DNA of 64,000 bases from Mobula hypostoma (Eukaryota), in the NCBI RefSeq assembly GCF_963921235.1, contig NC_086108.1, forward strand, positions 83,516,001 to 83,580,000, given 5' to 3'. The position numbers and the translations under genes were made by a program. The notes beneath the pieces were generated by a model. It saw only the letters and a program-made list of their open reading frames with translations. It was not told the DNA's origin and did not search any database. Below are positions 13,685 to 24,900 of the stretch, in pieces. Positions within the stretch are counted from its first letter, which is position 1; the number at the start of each line of letters is the position of its first letter.

Positions 13685-13717
13685 CCTGACGAAGGGTCTC
13701 GGCCCGAAACGTCGACT
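13682..13717 (+). ncRNA. Minimal hammerhead ribozyme motif, intact
   Basis: agtc-CTGACGA-a-gggt-ctcg-gccc-GAAAC-GTC-gact. Confidence 0.82.
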
Positions 13718-14469
13718 GTACCACTTCCTAGAGATGCTGCCTGGCCTGCTGCGTTCACCAGCAACTTTGATGTGTGTTGCTTGAATTTCCGGCATCTGCA
13801 GATTTCCTCATGTTTGCGTTTTTGAACATTCCTAGACTGTTTCAATGACTCTGTGCTTTTCACTCGTTTTTTGCGATTTGTTCTTTTTTTTACACATTGG
13901 GTGTTTCCTTGGTTTTCTTTCCTTTCTTTTGTGACAGACTGTGGAGAAGACAAATCTCAGGTTTATATTCTGCATACATACTTTGATAATAAATGTACTT
14001 TGAAACTTTGATTCCTGCGGCAATCCTGACTATAGCTCTTCCCACCCTGTCTCTGGTATAAATGCTGTTCCCTTCCCTCAGTTCCATCATGTCTGCTGCA
14101 TCTATTCCCAGGATGAAGTTTTCCTTTCCAGGACATAAGAGAGTTCCTTCTTCTTCAAAGAACAGGGTTTCCCTTCCTCCACCATTAATGCTGCCCTCAC
14201 CCACATCGACTCCATTTCCCAGATATCCGCACTCACTGCACCTTTGTGCCACCTTAACAGGGATAAAACACACAAACCTAACTGTCTGGCTAGAATCTTT
14301 GTTTCTGCCTGCTCCAACCAGCAGCTTGGTCATCTCTAAGGCCGAAGTACGCAGATATTTCCACCGGGTGGACAGTCGCAAGGCTGCAGGACTGCATGAG
14401 ACAGAGCTTACACTGCCAGTAATCAGCAAGAACTCAAGAGTTGCACCTACAATCTCCCCAAAGTAATCA

Positions 14470-16215
14470 AAGTAGCGGAACAATACAGATACAAGATTCA
14501 GACTCAACTTTCCACCAACAACACACGCAGCTTATGGCAAGGTCTGCCCACCATTGCCAACTTCAAAGCTAAACACAGTGGAGTTTCCAACATCGATGCC
14601 TCTCTCCCAAATGAATTAAATCTTTTTTACACTCGATTCGATGTCGCCAACACTGAGCCCCTGACCAGATATGGCAACCGGCAGCTTGGTCATCTCTGAG
14701 GCCGAAGTATGCAGGTGTTTTGAATAGATGGACAGCTGCAAGACTGCGGGACCAGACGGCATCTCGGGCGAGTACTCAGGATGTGCGCAGCACAACTGGC
14801 AGGTGTGTTTACAGACATTGTTAATCTCTCCCTCTCCCAGTGTAGAGTGCCCTCCTGCTTCAAAACATCCACTATGGTCCCTGTACCTAAAAAGACCAAG
14901 GTAACATGTCTGAACGACTGGCATCCTGTCATGTCAATAATAAGCAAGTGCTTTGAGAGGCTGTTCAAGGACTACATCTGCAGCTTGCTACCACCGACAC
15001 TGGACCCCTCACAATTCACCTACCAACACAACTGATCGACAGACAACACAATAGCCACAGCTCTACACACGGTCCTTACACATCTGGAGAAGAGGGATGC
15101 TTATGTGAGAATGCTGTTCTTGGACTACAGTTCGGTATTCAACACCATAATTCCCTCCAGGCTCGACAAGAAGCTCAGAAACCTCCACCTTCACCCTGCC
15201 TTGTGTAGCTGGATCCTGGACTTCCTGTCAGATTGCCGGCAGGTGGTAAGAGTAGACTCCCTCACCTCTGCCCCTCTGACCCTCAACACAGGAGCCGCTC
15301 AGGGCTGTGTACTAAGCCCCCTCCTTTGCTGTCTGTATACCCATGACTGTGTCACCACCCACAGCTCCAATCTGCTAACTAAATTTGCTGATGACACTAC
15401 ACTGATTGATTTTATCTCAAATAATAATGAGGCAGCCTACAGAGATGAATTCATCACCCTGACACAGTGGCGTCAAGAAAACAACCTCTCCTGCAACACC
15501 GCAAAAACAAAGGAGCTGGCTGTGGACTACAGCAGGAATGGAGACAGGCTAATCCCTATAGACATCAATGGATCCGAGTCAAGAGGGAGAACAGCTTTAA
15601 GTTCCTCGGCATAAACATCACCGAGGATCTCACGTGGTCTGTACATACCAGATGTGTAATGAAAAAGGCACAACAGTGCCTCTTTCACCTCAGACGGTTG
15701 AAGAAGTTTGGTATGGGCCTCCAAATTCTAAGAACGTTCTACAGGGGCACAATTGAGAGCATGCTGACTGACTGCATCACTGTCTGGTAATGGGAACTGT
15801 ACTTCCCTCAATCGCAGGACTCTGCAGAGGGTGGTGCGGACAGCCTAGCACATCTGTAGATGTGAACTTCCCGCTATTCCAAACATTTACAAAGACAGGC
15901 GTGTAAAAAGGGCCCAAAGGATCATTGGAGACCCGAGTCAACCCCAACCACAAACTGTTCCAGCTGCTACCATCCAGAAAACAGTACCGCAGTATAAAAT
16001 CCAGGATCAATAGGCTCTGGGACAACTTCTTCCACCAAGCCATCAGATTGCTTAATTCATACCGATGCAACTGTATTTCTATGTTATATTGGCTATCCTT
16101 GTGTACATAATATTATAAATTACTATAATTGCACATTGCACATTTTGATGGAGATGTAACGTAAAGATTTTTACTCATGTATATGAAGGATGTGAGTAAT
16201 AAAGTCAATTCAAAT
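14470..16215 (+). mobile_element. Rex1/Babar-like non-LTR retrotransposon (RT and 3' end), frameshifted
   Basis: MLFLDYSSVFNTI, GAAQGCVLSPLL, KFADDTT, FKFLGINI, LFQLLPSRKQYR motifs. Confidence 0.85.
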
Positions 16216-16499
16216 TCACGTCCACGTATTTGGACTTCATGCTGTCCCCCTTGTTTCTGTCCCTTTCCAGCTATATCCACGACCCTTCACATGTTCTCGA
16301 TCTTGTGAGAGTTCAAGCCACACAGAACACCTTATCCTTCTTTTTCTCACTTCTTCCCTCTTCCTCTCCAGTTCTGATAAAGAGTCTTGGCCCAAAACAT
16401 TAACTGTTTGTTCATATCCATAGATGCTGCCTGACCTGAGTTCCTCCAGCATTTTTTGTGTTGCTTTGGATTTCCAGCATCTTAAGGATCTTGTGTTTA

Positions 16500-16874
16500 C
16501 TGACATCTTCCTGTCAACTTGAACCAGTCTGGCCATTCTCATCTGACCTCTGTCATTAACAAGGCATTTTCACCCATAGCTCACTGGATGTTTTTTTGTT
16601 TGGTTTTTTGTACCATTCTCTGTTGTGCATGAAAATCACAGTAGATTAGCACTTTCTGAGACACTCAAACTATCCTCCTGACACCAACAATCATTCCACA
16701 GCCAATGTCTCCTAGATCATATTTCTTCCCCGTTCTGATGTTTGGCCTGAACAACAACTGAACCTCTTGACTATGACTATGTGTTTTTATACATTGGATT
16801 GCTATCATGATTGGCTGATTAGATATTTGCATTAACAAGGTGTACAGGTGTACCAAATAAAATGGCCACTGAGT
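16500..16874. mobile_element. Tc1/mariner-derived non-autonomous fragment
   Basis: Minus-strand remnants RMARLVQVDRK and MIVGVRR; terminus ...aataaaatggccactgagta. Confidence 0.6.
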
Positions 16875-17322
16875 ATATTGTAGAGCTCGGATCCTAGGTT
16901 CTGAGACATACAACTCCTTGGACTTAACCTCTATCACATAATTACTGCCTGACTTCATCTTCTTGCCTGTCATCAAACTTGCAGGAGTTCAAGCCACACC
17001 GAACCCCTTTTCCTTCTAATTAATCCCACCACTCAACTAAGTTGCCTCATGTGCCCAATCCTATACTCCCACCTCTCGGACTCTGTTCAGTTTCCTGCTT
17101 AACAGCCTAGTATTTCACTGATCATAAAATCTTTCCTCACAGTCTATTGGACAATCGCACTTACATCTTCCAATTGCAATTCCTGCAACTGACATATCTT
17201 ACTAGAATTTCATTCCAAAAGCTCCTGTCCCTTCTTTCATACTTTGTTGCATACATCCATCTGAACTTCACTGTTCACTCCTTTCCATCCAACATAAATA
17301 TCATAAGAGACTTCTTATAATA

Positions 17323-18101
17323 CAATGGATTCTGGTTAATTGGGCCATTGGTTAATTGTGGCAGCCATATTTGGGACAACACTTAAAGAACCAAAACTAA
17401 ATCGAGAGAAGAGCCGGGATGCCCTTCATTTAATTGGGACACTATGCTGCTTAACTGGGGCGGGAAAGTGTTGCCAAACAGATTCTAATGAGCGTCAGTC
17501 ATGGGAACTTGTGTGGCATTAGACATTGCACCGTGGTTAGAACAATCAGTCTTTAAAAAGGGTCAGTCATGTGTGTTTGTGTTCAAAAAGCAGTGATTGT
17601 TCTCACTGATAGTTGGAGAGAGATAAGCAGTAAGACAATTCAGTATTGTTTTGCTCACTGTGATTTCAGCATTTGGGCTTAGAGATTACAGAAACAGCCA
17701 GCATCTATTTCAACAAGTTAGGAATTACAAAGGTATCAACAATCAGTTTGAACATTACAATGAAAATGAAAATGAAGATTTGGAGGATGCAATTGTGCAT
17801 AGTATTGTATGAAGGCAATGCACTATCTGCACTAGGCGTCTGCCCTGATTTTGTTCATTCACAGTCAGTCACAAGAGCACAGCAGATGAATTCCTCTGTC
17901 AATAACTATTAGGAACTAATACAGTTTTGTACTGTAGAGGTATTGTTAGTGTTTTAATTTGTTCTGTATTTCATTTAAATACATAAATTAAATGGTAGTT
18001 TGTCTCTTTTATAACTAACTATTTCCATGAAACTTCAGCTAATTGGGACAGCCACTTAATTGGGCGAAAACGTACTGGTCCCAATTAATCAGAATCCACT
18101 G
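17323..18101. mobile_element. pogo/Tigger-like MITE
   Basis: TIRs caatggattctggttaattggg / cccaattaatcagaatccactg, flanked by TA on both sides. Confidence 0.8.
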
Positions 18102-18620
18102 TATTCTAAAACTTAATTTATACAGTTTATATAAATTACACAAGTATTATTCTGCTTAATATACTAATGCAATAAAAGAATTATAACAGATTAAAGTATA
18201 AATCAAAATGACATTATTGCCATTAAGGTGGAGAGCTAATTGAGTACAGGGTCAATTTATATCCTTTTATATTTTACTCCAAATTACTTTATAAATAAAA
18301 TGTCACAGGATCAACATTGCAGTATTAGACACAAAGCAATTATTGCAAAATTATAATGCAATAGTTTAGTAAATATTTAATGTTTGCTTGAATTACTGCA
18401 ATAATTCTCAAAGCTTCACAATAATTCTACAGAATTCACTTCAGCATATCCATTATGTCTTAATTATAAACAACCCAGTTAAGGTATTAAAAAATAATAA
18501 TTTTTTACAGCAGTTATATTTCAACACTAATCTCGTCAATCATACATTGTAGCTGGTCTACCAGAAGTCATTGATAATATTCCACAAACAGCAGTATTCA
18601 CTGGAGAGTTTTATCAATAC

Positions 18621-18681
18621 CTGTGTAATTTGGAATAGGCACTCGGAAAGGTTTGGCCAGGATACTTCGAATGAAAGCTTC
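18621..18681 (-). CDS. RAD54L: RAD54L coding exon 4
   Basis: EAFIRSILAKPFRVPIPNYT(G); follows an 80-nt intron. Confidence 0.95.
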
Positions 18682-18761
18682 CTGTGGGGAACAGAAAATG
18701 TTATCTAGCAATGCAGTGACCTTCCCCCATGCTCAATTACTTTCAAAAATCAGTTACTCAC

Positions 18762-18881
18762 ATGCTGACTGCTGTCCAGGCACACAGGCCGATTGGTTAG
18801 CTGTGCTAGGGGTTTCCTGAATGGAGATATAAAATTTTCAATGTTGTTGCGCTCAGATCCCAGCTTTCGCCGTTTTGTGTT
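18762..18881 (-). CDS. RAD54L: RAD54L coding exon 3
   Basis: [43 protein letters not shown] acceptor, GTGAGT donor. Confidence 0.94.
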
Positions 18882-18975
18882 CTGTAAGAAAAGGAAAATT
18901 CCATATCTTAGTATTATTTTTCAAATGGTAAATTCTTTATTTTTGTTTTGATTTTATGCAAACTAGATAAGCTTC

Positions 18976-19534
18976 CCACATCAAAGTTGCTGGTGAATGC
19001 AGCAGGCCAGGCAGCATCTCTAGGAAGAGGTACAGTCGACGTTTTGGGCCGAGACCCTTCGTCAGGACTAACTGAAAGAAGAGCTAGTAAGAGGTTTGAA
19101 AGTATGAGGGGGAGGGGGAGATCCAAGATGGTAGAAGACAGGAGGGGGAGGGATGGAGCCAACAGCTGGATAGTTGATTGGTAAAAGGGATATGAGAGGA
19201 TCATGGGACAGGAGGCCTAGGCAGAAAGAAAAGGGGGAGGGGAAAAAAGCCCAGAGGATGGGCAAGGGGTATAGTGAGAGGGACAGAGGGAGAAAAAAGA
19301 GAGAGAGAAAAAGAATGTGTGTATATAAATAAATAACGGATGGGGTACGAGGGGGAGGTGGGGCATTAGCGGAAGTTTGAGAAGTCAATGTTCATGCCAT
19401 CAGGTTGGAGGCTACCCAGACGGAATATAAGGTGTACCTCTTCCTAGAGATGCTGCCTAGCCTGCTGCGTTCACCAGCAACTTTTATGTGTGTTGCTTGA
19501 AATTCCAGCGTCTGCAGATTTCCTCGTGTTTGCA
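18976..19534 (-). mobile_element. PLE-derived insertion with inverted terminal segment and mutated hammerhead (19034-19069)
   Basis: 12-bp TSD tagataagcttc (18964-18975 / 19535-19546); ~55-bp inverted arms; GAAA box changed to AAAA. Confidence 0.85.
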
Positions 19535-20335
19535 TAGATAAGCTTCTCCCCACCTCCAAAATCAATTCTCAATCCCTCCTACGTGCAAAATAGTGCAATA
19601 GCATGAAATAATACAGAAATAACGTTATGTGAATTTTAGTTCGGAGTCACCTGAAAATCAGGTGGCAAAATGAGGCAAGAATTAGTCCACATCCTAAACA
19701 CTCTACGGTCTACTACAGCTAATCTTACACATCCTGAAATTATTATATATATTTTAGCATTCAAGATTACTTCCAAAGCTCAGGAACAAATTCCAGTGTT
19801 TCATTTTCAGAGGTCTTGCCTATGATAGTACTAAGAACTAAAGAAATTTAATGAGAAAATGTAATGAAATGCAAAATATTGGCCAATGAAAGCCAGTTCA
19901 GTTAATAAACATGAAATTATTAAGCTTAAAGTCAACTAATCTTGGAAACTTGAACACAATTGGTTATAAGATGTTGTCTTGATAAGTCAGATTTTGTTTT
20001 CATGTAAGGAGTGGAAGTATGAAAACGTTTATCTGACTTTATTCAAGTCAAAGTTTGCCAAGATTAATTGAAAACATTAACTTCAACTGAGAAGCCATTA
20101 CAATGATATTCATTGACAAGTAGTTACATTCTTACATTCACAGACTTACAAATTTTATTTAGGTTGGCTGGACAATAAATATTGCATTGAACTGCTTCAT
20201 CACAATATTTTGGAAATATTCAAGTAAAAAGTCCTCCTTAGAAAAAGATGACTGAAGAATATAGATATAACATTGGTATATGAACAAAAGATGTTAACAG
20301 AGCACAAATTTCAAATTTGCACTGGATTACAGTAC

Positions 20336-20404
20336 CACATCCTCTTCATCAGAGGAATCTCCTGGCTTCCGCTTAGCAAGCTGACTCGGTGCAAGACTTC
20401 GTCT
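20336..20404 (-). CDS. RAD54L: RAD54L coding exon 2
   Basis: RRSLAPSQLAKRKPGDSSDEEDV matches the conserved RAD54 N-terminus; TAG acceptor; GTACTG donor chosen for phase 0. Confidence 0.92.
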
Positions 20405-21328
20405 CTACAGGGAAAAAAGTGACAAAGTTATAGAAGCAGATAGAAACACAATTAAATTTAAGACGCTCATTTCTCAACTTCAGGACGTCACAAGATCCCT
20501 TACAGGCAGCAATATACTTCCAAGTATAACCTATATAGCTGCAAATTTGTCAGTCCTCCAGATTATGTGACCTCATCCAATTCATCACATCTCATGAACA
20601 ACATGATTTGCCAATTCTCATCTCATGATTTTAAATGCTCTATCAACAGCAGCCATTTCTTCAGCCAAATAAACCACTCTGCTGCAATCCTTGCTTTCCT
20701 CAAAACGTACAACTTTTGCCAACTTTGAAAACTAAAAACTACAGATGCTAGAAATCAGAAGTAACAAAAAATACTGAAAATCCTCAACAGCATCTGCAAA
20801 GAGAGGAAAGACATCAACTTTCTTTCTCTTTCCACAGATGCTGTCCAAGTATTTTCAGTAGTTCCTCTTGTTTTACAAAACAGCCAGAAAAATGAGGCAT
20901 AATCAAAAATGATTTATTTATTGATTCAGCACGGAATAGGCCCTTCTGGCGGTGCTGCCCAGCAACTCCCAATTTAACAGTAGCTTAATCACAGGACAAT
21001 TCACAATGACTAATTAACCTACCAAATGGTACACCTTTGGACTGTGGGAGAAAACCCAAATGATCGCACCGATCTTTGCTTGATTATGTTATTGAAAAGT
21101 ATCTTGTGATGTTTCACTTTGTTAATCATGCTACAGAAATGTAACATATTGTGGTCCTGTTTTGTAGTGACATGCAGAGCCACAATTTTGACTCAAGAGG
21201 TGAGTAAGCGATCAAATAAGATGCTAAAACTTCTTAGGTGACATGGGAATAGACTAATTAAGCTGTCAGATGGAAGACATATCCTGAATACATATTCTGC
21301 TAATTGAATTTTCTTTCACTTTACTCAC

Positions 21329-21331
21329 CAT
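21329..21331 (-). CDS. RAD54L: RAD54L start codon (ATG immediately followed by an intron; exon probably 21329-21383)
   Basis: Minus strand acagaaaATG|GTGAGT; the next exon starts RRSLAPSQ in phase 0; plausible acceptor ttttgatgcag at 21384. Confidence 0.8.
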
Positions 21332-22264
21332 TTTCTGTAATTTTGATCCCAATGGAATTCAATCAATTTTAATCGTTTTCTTCCTGCATCAAAAATCCAT
21401 GTCCTTGAACAGTTGGCTGAACAACTGATGTCTTCATCGCTTCCAAATCTAGTCCATAATTGATGAATGATGGGAGCATTTTAGGTTCCGTTTTCTATTC
21501 CATTATAATGCATCCTATTTTAATAACTTTAATTTACCATGTTTTAGCCTGCAATTATTATCAGTTTCCACTTGTGCAGATTTTCCCTTTGGACTGTATT
21601 GTTTCTTATAATGTCCAGACTCTCTGATAAACTTGGTTAACTACATATCAAACAGTTGCTATGTTTTTATAAACTTATAGAAGTGTACTTATGTCCCTCT
21701 ACAAACCTACAGGAGATATATCATTCTCACTCTTCTTGTCTAACATCCCTTTAATACAGTAAATAGTTCTTCTCTACTTTTATTGTTTCATCTATCTCCA
21801 AGCTTATTTCTTCACCTCCCTCTTTATTACTCTCCCTGAAGCTACACAGTGCCGTGATATTGCAGAGGCTCAGGATATCTCTCAATACCTCTTTCTTTCT
21901 ATTGCCTTAACTCTGTTTATTTCTGCCATTAACATTTACTAATGATTTCCGTCGTCATTTCTGTTCCTTCTCTATTTATTGTTCCATGGCTAGTTCACTC
22001 ACTTTAATATTTTCAAACTTCTCAATGACTGCTGTATTTATTTCTCACTTTTTTTTCTTTTCACTTTCTCTCTCTCTCTCAGTCCCTCTTTCCCTCTCAC
22101 TATTACCCTCCTGCTCTGTATTTGGATATCACGACCATTCTCCCTAGTTCTATCTGGATATTACTGTCAACTTCGCTTCCAGCCCTCCCACCCACTCTCG
22201 TTGTTTCACGATCACTCTTCCCGTCTCTACCTCTCTATTTATATAAATACTGTATCATTGTCAC

Positions 22265-22470
22265 CTTCTTCCTTCGCTTAAACTTGCCGCCCAGACACAG
22301 GAACTCGGCAGTGCGCCTGCGTAATACCCGGCCTACGGGTGCTGCTAAGGTTCAGTGCGCGAAAGCAGACCGCTTTTCGAACCAGAATCCTGTTAGCGCG
22401 GAGCCCTCGGGGGGAGTTCAACGCCAACTGATAACTTTAGTTATCGACGTGCAGCTGTGATTTGTCCATT
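22265..22470 (-). promoter_or_regulatory. Probable RAD54L promoter / non-coding first exon
   Basis: Local non-repeat CpG cluster; E2F consensus TTTCGCGC (minus, 22357-22364); TTCGAA (22376-22381); NRF1-like TGCGCCTGCG (22312-22321); candidate donor AAG|GTGACA at 22265. Confidence 0.65.
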
Positions 22471-23080
22471 CGTAGCTTTAAAATCAAGTGCCTTCGTATA
22501 TCCATTGGAATCGAAGGTATGCCATAAATTCTAAACTATTTTAGAGAAGAGTTACGCTGGAGTGATTGGAGAAAAAAATCTCACTGATATTTCACTCAAG
22601 ATAAAACCAACTTCTTTAAATCTTGTTGAAGTAAACCAAATACCCAACAAAGAGATAAAGACAGAAGAGCTGAAACAAGGCAGGATGCGATAATGAACTT
22701 TATCATCTTTAGGAAAAGGATGTAATTAGTGCAGAAGTGGGTTGTCAAGATATTAAGAATATATGTGTTGAAAATACTAATTTATCAGAATTAGAAGACT
22801 TTCTGAATTGCCAGAACAATCAGAGATGCAGTTTAATGACTAGACACTGCCCTACTGTTTCCCTGACTCTTCCACACAAGATGACATGCCTCCTCCAAAA
22901 CTTGCTACCTTGGCTAAATATTTTCACTAGCGTCAGAAACTGTCCCTTCTGCATACTTTACCATTTGGTATGATTAAAGCTGACCTACTTCATCTCCATT
23001 TACCTGCACCAAAATCCCATGTCTTTAATCCACAAATATGTTGGTCTTAATCCTGAATTTTAAGAGTACTAGAATTTAAG

Positions 23081-23348
23081 GCTGGCTGGCGGCACAGTGG
23101 CATCAGCGCCGGACTTCGGAGCGAAGGCTCCCAAATTTTAATCCAAGTCGGGCCACCCCCCCCCCCGGAGCACGCTTTCCATTTGTGCCGGGTTGAACAT
23201 CGAGCTAGCCACTCGTCCTCGTAAAAAAAAAACAAGGGTCGAGTCAGGAATGTTCATATAGTGGCCCGGTTAATCCGAAAGGAGACCAATCCTGACACTA
23301 TGCGCCAGACAAGAATGGCTGACTGTCTAGTGCGACACGCTAGGAAGG
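23081..23348 (+). mobile_element. tRNA-derived SINE inserted in a CR1 fragment
   Basis: A-box-like tggcggcacagtgg and degenerate B box; TSD actagaat(t/a)taag (23068-23080 / 23349-23361). Confidence 0.7.
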
Positions 23349-23797
23349 ACTAGAATATAAGAGCAAGGATGTGATGCTGAGGTTTTTTTTAAGGCACCAC
23401 ACTTGGAGTATTGCGAGCATTTTTGCGCCCTTATTTAAGAAAAGATGTGCTTGGCGTTGTAGAGGAGGTTGGCGAGAATGATTCCGGGTATGAAAGGGTT
23501 AATGTATGAGGAGCGTTTGATGGCTCTGCGCCTGTACTCGCTGGAGTTCAGAGGAATCAGGGAGGAAACCTATGGAATACTGAGAAGCTGAGATGGAGTA
23601 GATGTGGAGAGGATACATAGGGGATGAGCCTAGTACCAGAGGGCACAGCCTCAGAATAGAGCAGAGATGAGAAAGAATTTCATTAGCCAGAGGGTGGTGA
23701 ATCTGGAATTCATTGCCATGGACGGCTGTGGAGGCCAAGGCACTGAGTATATTTAATGCAGAGGTTGATACCTTCTTGATTAGTCAGAGTGTCAAGT
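23349..23797 (+). mobile_element. CR1 3' fragment interrupted by the Gypsy element; resumes at 31208-31325
   Basis: CR1 3' sequence ...tagtcagagtgtcaag continues as aaggttacagggag... after the Gypsy. Confidence 0.85.
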
Positions 23798-23997
23798 TGT
23801 TATGTTACTTCTGTTTAAACGTACCATGGGTTAACAGTAAATAATCATATTCTGGAAGAATTAGAGAACTTTTATTTACAGTAATAAACAAACACGTCTT
23901 AACCCAGCCACGTGCTGCAACATTCTGGCAATCCCGTGTATGCTCAGTGCTCTGTCCAATCGTGTACTGGCACATCATTGCACGTGATATCACCACA
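23798..23997 (-). repeat. Gypsy 3' LTR
   Basis: Direct repeat of 31008-31207; 9 mismatches in 200 bp by manual comparison. Confidence 0.95.
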
Positions 23998-24111
23998 TCT
24001 TCCTTTCCTTAAAAAGAGAAACAATTAACAACATTAATCAAAGCAAATACATAATTCAACAAGTCTCTATCAGTCTCTCTCAGGGTTTACGAACATGAGT
24101 AGACCTTCTAA

Positions 24112-24817
24112 AGGCTGATTTATACATCTGCCTAGTAGCCTGCGCAACTGGCCTATGGTGTTGTGAGCATTTATACTTGTGCATTGGTGTGCCTGCATTG
24201 CTCTGCAATTCACCGCCAAAATGCTAGTTGGCGGTGGGGTTTCTATGCCACTGTGTTGAGTTTCTTCGTGTTGAAACTCAACACGAAGAAACTCAAACTT
24301 CAAACAATGGTGACTGAAACTGAAGGATGGTGAATTTTCTGTGCTTGTCTGGCCACAGAGAGACATGGATGAGGAAATGCATTTCAGATATTTTTGGATG
24401 TCGGCAGGTAGATTTGACGATTTGGTGCATCGTCTCCAACCATTTATTTTGCATCAGTGTACGCACAGTATACTCAGAGACTGACAATCACCATTTGAGT
24501 TTTAGCTTCAGGTGGAAGTCAACAGGCTACAAACCAGCATCAAGCACATGGTCCTCCATAATTTCGGAGCTCTGTAAAGCTTTATGGAAACCATTGCAGC
24601 CAGAGTTCCTTCCCTGCCCTTCAGTCGCCCAATGGGAAGCTATTGCAGTGTAAGAGGAAATGCGATGCTACCAAGCAGACCAATCACAGTTGTTGCGGTC
24701 TGCGTCACCGTGACACATAGTTACGTTTTTAGGGAGGCGCACGTCAGGCTACGGCGTAGGGTACGTGGCTACGCCGTACTTACGGTGTAGATTTGACACA
24801 GAAGTATAAATTGGCCT
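24112..24817 (+). mobile_element. Non-autonomous PIF/Harbinger element nested in the Gypsy integrase tail
   Basis: ~20-bp TIRs aggctgatttatacatctgc / acagaagtataaattggcct; TAA TSD (24109-24111, 24818-24820); transposase remnants [17 protein letters not shown] and ELCKALW...QWEAIA. Confidence 0.88.
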
Positions 24818-24900
24818 TAAGTGGTACACACAGATCTTGTGTTTCCTTGTTATTATTTACATGTTTGTTTCATCTGCATCAGTTAACTGAATCTCTGAAG

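Larger units (their letters stand above)
13639..13822 (+). mobile_element. 184-bp palindromic PLE-derived mini-element with two hammerhead motifs
   Basis: 13-bp TSD tgaacattcctag (13626-13638 / 13823-13835); 48-bp inverted arms. Confidence 0.88.
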
